This document shows positions 17,523 to 26,128 of a DNA stretch of 32,000 bases, piece by piece. Each line of letters begins with the position of its first letter. Positions within the stretch are counted from its first letter, which is position 1. The notes below the pieces were generated by a model. The model was not told the origin of the DNA. It made no database searches and saw nothing but the letters and a program-made list of their open reading frames with translations. The stretch comes from an uncultured Opitutales bacterium (lineage in GTDB: Bacteria > Verrucomicrobiota > Verrucomicrobiia > Opitutales > UBA9783). The stretch spans positions 450,001 to 482,000 of the forward strand of contig CAKUSQ010000001.1 in the NCBI GenBank assembly GCA_934691225.1. Reading direction: 5' to 3'. Made by a program: the position numbers and the translations under genes.

Positions 17523-18569
17523 TTATTTTTGCCAAAGAAGCCCTAACATTACTGTACTCAAACCGCTACCGATACCTAATAGGAGCACATTTTCCACGGA
17601 AGATAGGCATTTATTTTCTTCAGCTTTACAGAGTGAAATAGGCAATGCGACAGAACCTGTGTTACCTAAATCTTTGAAAGTTGAAACGTCTTTACGAATA
17701 TTCAGGTGTAAAGCTTCGTATAATTTTATTTGATGTTGATGTCCTACTTGATGTGTAATGATATGCGACGGTGTTGATTCGTTCCAAGCCATTTCATGTT
17801 TGAAGTTTTTCCAAGCTTTCTGCGAGAGACCAATACCTGCTTCTAATAATGAAGGAGCATCGGTTTGCATGAATAATCCGTTATGAGAAGTTCCTCCTTC
17901 GCATAAATGATTTGCTTGTGAGTCTGTCTGGACGATACCTCCTAACAGCAATGGTTTGGGTTCTGAAACTTGTTTTGCGTGCCTTAATAAAATAGCTACA
18001 GCGCCTGAACCAATGGTTAAATTTGCAAAAAAAGGTTTGATTGTTTGGCGATCAAGTGTTAGATCTTCATTAAGTCGTTTGATCGTGTTATCTAATAAAG
18101 TACGACCATTTTCTCCAGATACAATCAGTACATTTTGAGCAGTACCAGCTTCAATCATGGAAGCACCAACAAGCATAGCATTTAACACACCTAAACAAGC
18201 ATTAGATAAATCAAAGATTTGTGTTGCAGGCGATAATTTTAAAGCTTGATGTACATAGGATGCAGTCGAAGGTTCCATGCAATCTCGACATACAGAGGCG
18301 TGTATAAGCAAATCAATTTTAGAACGATCTAGCGTTGTTTTTTGAAGCAATTTTTGTCCTGCCTGAGCAGCTGCTGCGGACGGTAACGTATCAGGAGACC
18401 AATGACGGCGTTCATGAATGCCTGTCATCATTTCTAAGCGTCCTTGGGGTAATTTTAACCGCTGATATAAAGGTTCTAAAAGTGCTTCAATATGTGATGA
18501 CGACCAAACATCTTCTGGCAAAGCATACGCAATTGTATCGATAACTACATTTTTGAAGTGCATGAACAT
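17523..18569 (-). CDS. Thiolase-fold condensing enzyme (KAS III superfamily), OleA-like
   Basis: Motifs CMEPSTAS, SNACLG (active-site Cys), THQVG (His), LGNTGSVALP (Asn) and LLLGIGSGLS are present. Their order and spacing match my recollection of Xanthomonas-type OleA better than FabH. I trimmed the start to the ATG at 18569 (or 18563) because the track extension is a translated tRNA-Pro. Confidence 0.6.
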   Translation of the reverse strand: MFMHFKNVVIDTIAYALPEDVWSSSHIEALLEPLYQRLKLPQGRLEMMTGIHERRHWSPDTLPSAAAAQAGQKLLQKTTLDRSKIDLLIHASVCRDCMEPSTASYVHQALKLSPATQIFDLSNACLGVLNAMLVGASMIEAGTAQNVLIVSGENGRTLLDNTIKRLNEDLTLDRQTIKPFFANLTIGSGAVAILLRHAKQVSEPKPLLLGGIVQTDSQANHLCEGGTSHNGLFMQTDAPSLLEAGIGLSQKAWKNFKHEMAWNESTPSHIITHQVGHQHQIKLYEALHLNIRKDVSTFKDLGNTGSVALPISLCKAEENKCLSSVENVLLLGIGSGLSTVMLGLLWQK

Positions 18570-18580
18570 GAAAATTTTTA

Positions 18581-18658
18581 TGGTCGGGACGATAGGATTC
18601 GAACCTACGACCTCATGCTCCCAAAGCATGCACTCTAGCCAGACTGAGTTACGTCCCG
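18581..18658 (-). tRNA. tRNA-Pro (anticodon TGG), CCA encoded
   Basis: The reverse complement folds into a cloverleaf. The acceptor stem is CGGGACG/CGTCCCG and the D stem is ACTC/GAGT. The anticodon stem is CATGC/GCATG with loop TTTGGGA, the T arm is GTAGG-TTCGAAT-CCTAT, and the 3' end is ACCA. Confidence 0.93.
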
Positions 18659-18717
18659 AACCTTACACAAAAAGGTAAATAGAAGTTTTAAAAAGTCAAT
18701 GGTTTTTATTAAAAAAT

Positions 18718-19476
18718 TTATAATCTTTGTTGAAGTCGGTTTATAAATAGCCGATGTTCTTGAATAGCGATTTCGGCGTAGGCTACGGCACATAAAGCAT
18801 TAGATAAGGCTAAAAGCCATTGTTGATGGCTTAATGCTACGTATGTGTACCATAAGGCTCCTAAACAGAAACAGCTTTGTGGATAAGCCCTATTAAGTTT
18901 AGGTTTTGTTAATATGACGAAAGGTGCTACAAGAATGATGGGTAGGATCCAAAGCGATTCTGCTCCAGCGGCGAGTCCCGCATGAATGAAGCCGATACAG
19001 ATCAATAAAATAGGCTCATTGAGGGTAGCGAGCAAAATAGGTGTTAACGCGTAAGTCGATTGTACTTTTTTAATCACATTGCCCCAGTTTACGGCTTGTG
19101 TGTACAGGTGAGGTGTTAACTGGAAGGCTAAGAGCAGATTAGCTAGACCGAAGCAAAACGAACAAATGAAGTAGATAAATTGTTGTTGGACCATCGCCAT
19201 GAATGCTATAATTAAGCAGGCGTATCCCATGATTTCTAGTCCTAAAAATTTTTTTTGCCCAAAAACATGCAAAAAAGTTAGAAGTGCATTTTCACTGTCA
19301 CATTGAGTCCTTCCGTAGAAACGAAGTGCAAAAATAAGAGCAATTGCGAGAAGAATGGTTATGAAAGCGAATAAACTGCTTTTTAAGAATAAAAAAGCAT
19401 TGGCAATGGCTAAAAACATACCTGGATCTTTAAAAATATATGAGAAACGAAAAGGTGTAGACGTTTTAGGAAACAT
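18718..19476 (-). CDS. Polytopic inner-membrane protein, unknown function (252 aa, about 8 hydrophobic segments)
   Basis: The ORF is almost entirely hydrophobic helices separated by short loops. I can name no motif. Confidence 0.55.
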   Translation of the reverse strand: MFPKTSTPFRFSYIFKDPGMFLAIANAFLFLKSSLFAFITILLAIALIFALRFYGRTQCDSENALLTFLHVFGQKKFLGLEIMGYACLIIAFMAMVQQQFIYFICSFCFGLANLLLAFQLTPHLYTQAVNWGNVIKKVQSTYALTPILLATLNEPILLICIGFIHAGLAAGAESLWILPIILVAPFVILTKPKLNRAYPQSCFCLGALWYTYVALSHQQWLLALSNALCAVAYAEIAIQEHRLFINRLQQRL

Positions 19477-19672
19477 AAACCTATTCTAAATTAAAATAAG
19501 AACTTGGCAAGATTGTATTTGTGCGATTTTTATTATAATTGAATTACAAATGGCGATTGTATTTAAATTTTTTCATGGTAGATGTATTTTAGATAGATGA
19601 TCCACCAAAATATTTTGTGCAGGAACATTTTTAGTTCGGATTAAAATGCTAATAATGATTTTTGAAAATTTA

Positions 19673-19748
19673 TGGCGGGGAAAATGGGAGTCGAACCCAC
19701 GACCTTCGGTTTAGAAGACCGCTGCTCTATCCACTGAGCTACTTCCCC
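19673..19748 (-). tRNA. tRNA-Arg (anticodon TCT), CCA encoded
   Basis: The reverse complement is GGGGAAG-TA-GCTC-AGTGGATA-GAGC-A-GCGGT-CTTCTAA-ACCGA-AGGTC-GTGGG-TTCGACT-CCCAT-TTTCCCC-G-CCA. There is one 27:43 mismatch and G-U pairs in the stems. Confidence 0.9.
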
Positions 19749-19758
19749 GAATTTAAAT

Positions 19759-19833
<75 letters not shown>

Positions 19834-19851
19834 TTTTTGAAAACAGTTATT

Positions 19852-19881
19852 ATTATGGAAGATATTTATAAAGAGAGTCAA
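19852..19881 (-). promoter_or_regulatory. Candidate sigma70-type promoter for the tRNA(CAT)-tRNA-Arg pair
   Basis: On the minus strand, TTGACT (19881-19876) is followed by an 18-nt spacer and CATAAT (19857-19852). The -10 hexamer ends 18 nt upstream of the tRNA 5' end. Confidence 0.35.
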
Positions 19882-19940
19882 GTTAAATGATAAACTTTCC
19901 TTGCTCTTTGTATAAATATGTAGTTTAAAACAGTGTTTAA

Positions 19941-20789
19941 TTATAAATGTGAATGTTTGAACGCTTGAATAAAGTAACTTAAACGTTCTTTCATTTCTAA
20001 GCGAGAAACAATTTGATCTAAAAATCCATGTTGTAATAAAAATTCAGCAGTTTGAAATCCTTCAGGTAAGTCTTGTTGCGTTGTATCTTTGATAACTCTA
20101 GGGCCTGCAAATCCTATCAATGCGCGCGGTTCTGCAATGATAATATCACCTAGTGAAGCAAAACTTGCCATAACTCCAGCCATAGTTGGATTAGTCAATA
20201 CGGAAATAAACGGTAAACGTTTTTTGCTCAAGTAAGCTAAAGCTGCACTTGTTTTGGCCATTTGCATTAAGCTTAAAATGCCTTCGTACATGCGAGCTCC
20301 ACCCGAAGCTGATACAATAATAACAGGGCAATTTTGTTCTATGCCTCGTTCAATGCTGCGTGTGATTTTTTCACCAACAACCGATCCCATGCTAGCTCCT
20401 AGAAAGCGAAAATCCATAACCGCAATGCTAACGGGTGTTTGATCTAAAAGTCCTGTTCCTGTTATAACTGCATCTGTAAGGTGCGTTTTTTCTTGGTTCT
20501 TTTTGATTTTCTCTGTATAAGGTTCAGGACCTGCAAATTGCAAAGGATCTAAGGATTTTAAATATTTGTCTGTTTCTTGGAAAGTACCTTCATCGATAAG
20601 CAAACGAATGCGTTCTGGAGCTGATAAAGGAAAGTGGTAACTGCTTTGTGGGACCACCATCCAATTTTTCTGCAACGTTTTATTGTAGACAATTTCACCC
20701 GAAATGGGGCATTTTGTCCAGACGTCTTTAGGGATATCGTTCTTGCGAACGGTTACAGTTGAATATTTCGGTTTACTGAACCAAGACAT
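19941..20789 (-). CDS. accD: Acetyl-CoA carboxylase carboxyltransferase subunit beta
   Basis: From the ATG at 20789, MSWF..VWTKC aligns residue for residue with the E. coli AccD N-terminus. [22 protein letters not shown] and GFAGPRVI are also present. AAGGAAACAA precedes the ATG. The track extension to 20870 would overlap comF. Confidence 0.9.
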   Translation of the reverse strand: MSWFSKPKYSTVTVRKNDIPKDVWTKCPISGEIVYNKTLQKNWMVVPQSSYHFPLSAPERIRLLIDEGTFQETDKYLKSLDPLQFAGPEPYTEKIKKNQEKTHLTDAVITGTGLLDQTPVSIAVMDFRFLGASMGSVVGEKITRSIERGIEQNCPVIIVSASGGARMYEGILSLMQMAKTSAALAYLSKKRLPFISVLTNPTMAGVMASFASLGDIIIAEPRALIGFAGPRVIKDTTQQDLPEGFQTAEFLLQHGFLDQIVSRLEMKERLSYFIQAFKHSHL

Positions 20790-20803
20790 TTGTTTCCTTT
20801 TTT

Positions 20804-21508
20804 CTAGCTGTGTGCTAAAGTAAAAACACTTATACGTTTCGCTCCTTGTAAGTGAAGCATTTTTGCACACTCGTTTAAAGTAGCGCCGGTTGTGAAAACG
20901 TCATCTACTAAAACATAGAGTATTTGTACATCAATGTTTTTTACTTTTAGCTTAAAAGCATTTTCTACATTCTTCTTTCTTTCGTTCCGAGTCAAGCTTG
21001 TTTGTGAACGAGTATTATTTTTTCTTATTAAAAGTTTTGCAAAATGTCCGTGACAGTGCTTTTGCAATGCTTTTGCAATAATTTCACTTTGATTATAACC
21101 GCGATGCCAAAGACGTGAAAAATGTAATGGTACAGGGACGAAACAGGCGTTTTTAAAATGAGTAAGGCGATGTTGTTCGTGTTCCAAAAGCTTAGAAATA
21201 TCTTTTTCTAAATAGGTTCCATGGTGATATTTTAACGTATGAATGAATTGACGTCCTAGATTATTGAAAGCAAACAAACTGATTCCTTGCTTAAAATATG
21301 GCTGTAGTTCTAGACAGTTTTGACATACGGTTTCGTGCGTTGTTCCCATAAATCTTCCGCAATGATAGCATGCAGAACGCGGGTTGAATACAAAATTATG
21401 AAAGCATGAAGGACAAATAAAACCATTTTCGTCCGCACTTAAATTTTGCTGGCAATTCAAACAATGGCGTGGAAAGAAGATATCAAGCAACGAATGCAAA
21501 CATTTCAT
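20804..21508 (-). CDS. ComF-family phosphoribosyltransferase-domain protein
   Basis: The N-terminus has double Cys pairs (CLNC..CPSC and CYHC..CQNC). The C-terminal PRTase motif is [13 protein letters not shown]. Confidence 0.7.
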   Translation of the reverse strand: MKCLHSLLDIFFPRHCLNCQQNLSADENGFICPSCFHNFVFNPRSACYHCGRFMGTTHETVCQNCLELQPYFKQGISLFAFNNLGRQFIHTLKYHHGTYLEKDISKLLEHEQHRLTHFKNACFVPVPLHFSRLWHRGYNQSEIIAKALQKHCHGHFAKLLIRKNNTRSQTSLTRNERKKNVENAFKLKVKNIDVQILYVLVDDVFTTGATLNECAKMLHLQGAKRISVFTLAHS

Positions 21509-22110
21509 TAGGAGAACAATTTTTGAAAACTTTCAATTCCAAACGATAAAATCCAAAATGCTGAAAATGCGTAGATTCCAATAGTAATTATGGTTAAAAT
21601 TTGTGTTGTTAGTAAAAGTAATCCATCTTTTTCAAGCAGTCCTAAGCCGAATAAAAGAATAAGGCCGGCAGGTGCAGTGTTTGTAAAGGGTATTGGAATG
21701 GTCATGATGGTGGCTAAAATACAAATATTGATGCCAATAATCGTTTTATTAAAGATATAACACAAGGTGAAATAGCGGTGAGGGTGTACAAAGAGTTCAA
21801 TAAATTTTAAAAACTTTATGCTATATTTTACAATTTTGGGTGGTAAAGAAAATGATCGATGAGCCCATTTTTGAGGAAAGTTAATATAGGTTTTATTGCG
21901 CACAAGTAATGAACCTATCCATAGCAATATTAACCCTAATGGTGTGCTGTACCCAGGTGCTGGAATGGGAAGTGCACTAGGAAGTGAAATAAGGATGATC
22001 CAAAATCCTAAACCTTGTTCTTTGAGTTTAGATTGTAGTTGTGTTAAGGTTGTATTCAATGCTCCGGATGTATCACATAGATGTTCAATCGTGATAGAAA
22101 GTTTTTCCAT
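21508..22110 (-). CDS. ExoD-like membrane protein (exopolysaccharide synthesis ExoD family)
   Basis: ALPIPAPGYSTPLG and the later PIPFTNTAPAG..GLLEKDG match my recollection of the ExoD family signature. I took the ATG at 22110 (MEKLS..); the ATG at 22149 is possible but would run across the divergent promoter. Confidence 0.5.
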   Translation of the reverse strand: MEKLSITIEHLCDTSGALNTTLTQLQSKLKEQGLGFWIILISLPSALPIPAPGYSTPLGLILLWIGSLLVRNKTYINFPQKWAHRSFSLPPKIVKYSIKFLKFIELFVHPHRYFTLCYIFNKTIIGINICILATIMTIPIPFTNTAPAGLILLFGLGLLEKDGLLLLTTQILTIITIGIYAFSAFWILSFGIESFQKLFS

Positions 22111-22116
22111 AGTACA

Positions 22117-22145
22117 TTGACAGCGTGTGTTATTTCCGATAAAAT
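22117..22145 (+). promoter_or_regulatory. Near-consensus sigma70 promoter (TTGACA-17-TAAAAT)
   Basis: TTGACA lies at 22117-22122, followed by an exact 17-nt spacer and TAAAAT at 22140-22145. The predicted TSS near 22152 is about 5 nt before the ATG at 22157. Confidence 0.5.
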
Positions 22146-22156
22146 TCAATAAAAAA

Positions 22157-22528
22157 ATGAGGCAAATTAAACAACAGATCTATTCGAAAGAATCACAGAA
22201 TAAGTTAAGTGTTTATTTTAATGCATTGTACGAAGGTTGTTTAGATAAAGAAGTTTGTCAGAAATTTTACATTGTTTCGGAAGAATATATTACTAATTTT
22301 TTTAAGTATGGGAAAAAGAAGTCTGGTCAAGTTAGTTGGTTTATAGGACAAGAATGGAAGGGTAAATTTGTGGGTTGTTTTTTGGATAATGGTAATCCTT
22401 TTGATCCTTTTGACGTTTATTCAAATGCTGTAGGGGTTCGGTTGATGACAGCACTGTTTTATGGCCGGTATCGTCGCTTAAATGGTTTTAATTGTTTTCG
22501 ATTTTATATTGCAACCAATAAAGAGTGA
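22157..22528 (+). CDS. Small HATPase-like protein, RsbW/SpoIIAB-type anti-sigma Ser kinase-like (123 aa)
   Basis: There is an N-box-like EEYITNFFKYG, a G1-box-like FLDNGNPFDPF and a G2-like NAVGVRLMTAL, in the order and spacing of RsbW-family mini-kinases. I took the ATG at 22157 because the promoter lies inside the track's GTG-22127 extension. Confidence 0.4.
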   Translation: MRQIKQQIYSKESQNKLSVYFNALYEGCLDKEVCQKFYIVSEEYITNFFKYGKKKSGQVSWFIGQEWKGKFVGCFLDNGNPFDPFDVYSNAVGVRLMTALFYGRYRRLNGFNCFRFYIATNKE

Positions 22529-22603
22529 AAATAATTGTACTTTTTGCTTGAAGGTGATGCCTAAGTTGTGTCATTTTAAAAACAATTTATAAGAGATAAA
22601 AGT

Positions 22604-22873
22604 ATGGGTATTACAGTGGAACAAACACAATCGATTGTTAAAAATTTTCAACAACATGCTAAAGATACAGGATCTTCTGAGGTTCAGATAGCTTTATTAT
22701 CGCAACGGATTGCGTGTTTAACAGAACACTTAAAAGGACATGTTAAAGATTTTCATTCGCGTCGTGGTTTGATTGCTTTAGCAAATCGTCGTAGAAAATT
22801 ACTGGTCTACCTCAAGCGAACAAATTTTGAAAAATATCAAGATGTCGTTAATCGTTTGAACTTGCGTCATTAA
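22604..22873 (+). CDS. rpsO: 30S ribosomal protein S15
   Basis: [26 protein letters not shown]-like DFHSRRGL is typical of S15. It lies upstream of pnp as in many bacteria. Confidence 0.95.
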   Translation: MGITVEQTQSIVKNFQQHAKDTGSSEVQIALLSQRIACLTEHLKGHVKDFHSRRGLIALANRRRKLLVYLKRTNFEKYQDVVNRLNLRH

Positions 22874-22892
22874 TTTTTAATTTGCAAGCATT

Positions 22893-25031
22893 ATGCTAGA
22901 AGAAAAGTATTCCGTTAAAGTAGACGGAATGGATTTAAGTTTTTCTACAGGAACATTAGCGAAGAGGGCTAATGGTTCTGTAATGGTTCAGTCGGGGGAT
23001 ACGGTTGTTTTTGTGAGCGCTACTATGGCTCCTGAAGTGGCACCTAATCAAGATTTTTTCCCATTAACAGTAGATTATCGCGAGAAGTTTTCTGCCGCAG
23101 GTCGTTTCCCTGGAGGATATGTAAAACGCGAAGGGAAGCCGTCTGAAAAGGAAATACTTACATCGAGGCTGTGCGATAGACCTTTGCGTCCGCTTTTTCC
23201 AGCTGATTTTTTAAATGAAGTTCAAATTATTGGGTTGCTTTTGTCAACGGATCTAAAAAATGAGCCAGATGTGCTTATGGTAAATGGTGCTTCGGCTGCA
23301 TTGATGTGTTCGGATATTCCTTGGGCAGGTCCTGTGGGTTGTGTTCGTATAGGACAAATCGATGGTGAGTTTGTAGTAAATCCTAATAACGATCAGCAAT
23401 TTGAATCGGATTTGGATCTTATTTATGTGGGCAATAGGACTGATGCTTTGATGATTGAAGGTTGCGCGGATCAGTTGCCTGAAGCGCGTTTTATTGAAGC
23501 TTTGCATTTTGCACAAAAAGCAATACAACCTATATTAGATGCTCAAGAAGCTTTGGCTCGACAGGTAAATTTAGAGAAGTTGTCTTATCAATCGCACGCA
23601 GCAGCTCCTGAGATTTTTGCATTTTGCGAGTCGCATTTTAAGCAAGCCTTGCAGACAGTTTGGTTTAATAGTTGCCGGAAAACAGCCTGTAACGATGTTC
23701 GTGCTTTGAAAAAAGCAGCTATAACTAAAGCGGTGGAAGAGAAGTTATTTGCAACAGAAGCGGAAGCAAATGATCCGATAGCTGTGGCTTTTGAAGCCTT
23801 ACAGGAACAGGTTTGTCGTGAGGCTGTTTTGGATAAAAATCAGCGCTTGGATGGTCGTCAAATAGAAGAAATTCGTCCTTTGTCCTGTGCAGTAGATGTG
23901 TTGCCTAAAGAGGTTCATGGATCTGCTCTTTTTGAACGTGGGCAAACTCAGGCTTTAGTAAGTGTAACTTTGGGCTCGAATCGTGATGCTCAGGATTTGG
24001 ATGGTTTGACCGGTGGGGTTCAGTCTAAATCGTTTATATTACATTATAATTTCCCTCCTTATTCTGTAGGAGAAGTTGGTCGTTTTGGTTTTATCAGCCG
24101 GCGTGAGGTTGGCCATGGTGCTTTAGCAGAACGTTCTTTGTTGCCAGTTATTCCATCTGAAGTTGATTTTCCATACGCTATTCGTGTTGTTTCCGATATT
24201 ATGAGCTCTAACGGTTCAACGTCTATGGCTTCTGTTTGTGGAGGAACTTTAGCTTTGATGGATGCAGGTGTTCCAATTTTGGCTCCAGTTTCAGGAATAT
24301 CCATAGGTTTGGTTACACGCTATGATTCAGAACATAAAATAACTTCGTATAAACTATTGACGGATATCATTGGTGATGAGGATCACTATGGTGATATGGA
24401 TTTTAAAATTTGTGGTACATCCAAGGGAATTACAGGATTTCAGCTGGATTTGAAAATTGCTGGTTTACCGCTTTCGATTATGGAAGAGGCTATTTATCAA
24501 AATTCGCGTGCTCGTTCAAAGATTTTGGATGTTATGATGTATACGCTGCCGGAATCTAGAAAGCATATTAGCGCATTTGCACCGCATTTTGAAACAATTC
24601 AAATCAATCCTTCGAAAATCGGAACGCTTATTGGTCCTGGAGGAAAAAATATCAAACGTTTAACGGAATCGACAGGATGTCAAATTGATATTTGTGAGGA
24701 TAATTCAGGAAAAGTTTTGGTGTATGCTCGTAATGATGCTGCTTTACAGCAGGTTGTTGCTGAAATAAAGGCACTGGATCAAGAAATTGAAGTCGGTAAA
24801 ATTTATCAGGCTATCGTAAAGTCAGTTAAAGATTTTGGTGTGTTTGTTGAATGTTTACCTGGAAAAGAAGGTCTTGTTCATGTGTCTGAATTGTCGGATT
24901 GCAAAGTAAAACACCCTAGCGATGTTTGCTCGGAAGGCGATACGATGATTGTGATGTGTTTAGGTATAGATGAACGTGGTCGTGTTCGATTGAGCCGTAA
25001 AGCAGCTATGTCAGCACAGTCAGCTTCTTAA
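22893..25031 (+). CDS. pnp: Polyribonucleotide nucleotidyltransferase (PNPase)
   Basis: The 712-aa ORF has two RNase PH-like domains, a KH domain ([11 protein letters not shown]) and an S1 domain ([19 protein letters not shown]). Confidence 0.95.
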   Translation: MLEEKYSVKVDGMDLSFSTGTLAKRANGSVMVQSGDTVVFVSATMAPEVAPNQDFFPLTVDYREKFSAAGRFPGGYVKREGKPSEKEILTSRLCDRPLRPLFPADFLNEVQIIGLLLSTDLKNEPDVLMVNGASAALMCSDIPWAGPVGCVRIGQIDGEFVVNPNNDQQFESDLDLIYVGNRTDALMIEGCADQLPEARFIEALHFAQKAIQPILDAQEALARQVNLEKLSYQSHAAAPEIFAFCESHFKQALQTVWFNSCRKTACNDVRALKKAAITKAVEEKLFATEAEANDPIAVAFEALQEQVCREAVLDKNQRLDGRQIEEIRPLSCAVDVLPKEVHGSALFERGQTQALVSVTLGSNRDAQDLDGLTGGVQSKSFILHYNFPPYSVGEVGRFGFISRREVGHGALAERSLLPVIPSEVDFPYAIRVVSDIMSSNGSTSMASVCGGTLALMDAGVPILAPVSGISIGLVTRYDSEHKITSYKLLTDIIGDEDHYGDMDFKICGTSKGITGFQLDLKIAGLPLSIMEEAIYQNSRARSKILDVMMYTLPESRKHISAFAPHFETIQINPSKIGTLIGPGGKNIKRLTESTGCQIDICEDNSGKVLVYARNDAALQQVVAEIKALDQEIEVGKIYQAIVKSVKDFGVFVECLPGKEGLVHVSELSDCKVKHPSDVCSEGDTMIVMCLGIDERGRVRLSRKAAMSAQSAS

Positions 25032-25034
25032 GTA

Positions 25035-25523
25035 ATGCAAAATGTTTTGAAAAAAGTGAGCAGCGTCAAAAAACAGTCTTGTTTGTCTGCCTTTTTTCAA
25101 ATCATATTTGTAGGTTTTATGTTGTTTAAACCAGGGATTGCAAGCGGTAATTTATTTCGTTTTCAAGCAAGTGAGCCTTTGCAAGGATTTTTTTCTCCTT
25201 TTTTTAATGAGCAGGGTGTAAAGGTATGGCAGTGTCAAGGTAGCCAAGTGAAATACATTTCGGATGCAAAAATAAAAATACAAAAAATGTACATTACGTT
25301 TTTTTGCCCTGGACAAAATCAAGAAGTTGATATGATTGTAAGGAGCGACAAAGCTGTTATTTCTTTGCAAACGCAGCAGGCTTTTGGAAAAACATTGTTG
25401 ACGGTTACGCATCCAACATATACCATTTTGGGGGAAAATTGGCAGTGGGATGGTAAGCATTCCGGGCAGGCTTTTTCGAAAATTTATATTGGTAAAAATG
25501 CAAGTGCGATGTTTTATGACTAG
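25035..25523 (+). CDS. LptC-like membrane-anchored periplasmic protein (putative)
   Basis: The 162-aa ORF has an N-terminal hydrophobic anchor (CLSAFFQIIFVGFMLF). The remainder looks rich in short beta-strand-like segments. It sits immediately upstream of the lptA-like and lptB genes. The call rests mainly on synteny. Confidence 0.4.
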   Translation: MQNVLKKVSSVKKQSCLSAFFQIIFVGFMLFKPGIASGNLFRFQASEPLQGFFSPFFNEQGVKVWQCQGSQVKYISDAKIKIQKMYITFFCPGQNQEVDMIVRSDKAVISLQTQQAFGKTLLTVTHPTYTILGENWQWDGKHSGQAFSKIYIGKNASAMFYD

Positions 25524-26127
25524 AGTATTTATACGATCGATGGTTTTTTTGTTCATATGTGCCATGAAGATTCGTCTTTATGCACTTGATCCTTCAACGG
25601 TGATTACAAGTGATCGTATGGAAATGTTGCGCTTTAAGGATCATAATGAGTTTGTATTTGAAGGGGATGTGCAAATTAAAAATGTAAATTTTTTTGGATC
25701 TGCCGGGCGTATGTGGGTTTACATGGTTCCATGGACGGAGCGTGAAAACCCTTTAAAAATTTCTTTTTGGGTTTATGGATTAACGATTCCTGTGATGAAA
25801 AAGGAAATCTTTTCCTATATTTTGAAGCGTTCGGAGACAAAAGAGCGAACTTCTCAGATGGGGCAAATTCGGTTGATTATTGCTACACAAAGTGTTTTTT
25901 TAGAGACTCAAGATGGTGAATCAGGAGAGGTGAAGCGCGCGCGTGCAAATCGAGCTGAAATTTATCCCAAAGAAGCCAAAATGGTCTTAACAGAAGATCC
26001 GGTGGTTCACTGTTCTTCACAAGGGACTTTTCGAGGTGGAAAAATTACATTTTACAAATCATCTGAACGGGTTATTGTTGAAAATCCTGAGGGTGGAAAT
26101 CGGTCACAAGTAGTGCTTTCTGAATAA
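25516..26127 (+). CDS. LptA/OstA-like periplasmic LPS transport protein
   Basis: From the ATG at 25516, MTRVFIRSMVFLFICA is a signal peptide. OstA-N-like ITSDRMEM..FEGDVQI and a second repeat-like stretch A.RAEIY..MVLTEDP follow. There is an 8-nt overlap with the upstream gene (ATGACTAG). Confidence 0.55.
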   Translation: MTRVFIRSMVFLFICAMKIRLYALDPSTVITSDRMEMLRFKDHNEFVFEGDVQIKNVNFFGSAGRMWVYMVPWTERENPLKISFWVYGLTIPVMKKEIFSYILKRSETKERTSQMGQIRLIIATQSVFLETQDGESGEVKRARANRAEIYPKEAKMVLTEDPVVHCSSQGTFRGGKITFYKSSERVIVENPEGGNRSQVVLSE

Positions 26128-26128
26128 A

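Noticed and set aside
18570-18629. A 20-codon N-terminal extension of the FabH/OleA-like ORF (MLWEHEVVGSNPIVPTIKIF).
   Set aside because: It is the translation of tRNA-Pro (18581-18658) read on the same strand, so it is not coding.
19551-19601. A 16-codon ORF (MAIVFKFFHGRCILDR) in the tRNA-Arg/membrane-gene spacer.
   Set aside because: It is too short, has no Shine-Dalgarno sequence and no conservation evidence, so it is likely chance.
20790-20870. A longer accD ORF starting at 20870.
   Set aside because: The extension overlaps the 3' end of comF and adds residues with no AccD counterpart. MSWF at 20789 aligns exactly with the canonical AccD N-terminus and has an AGGA upstream.
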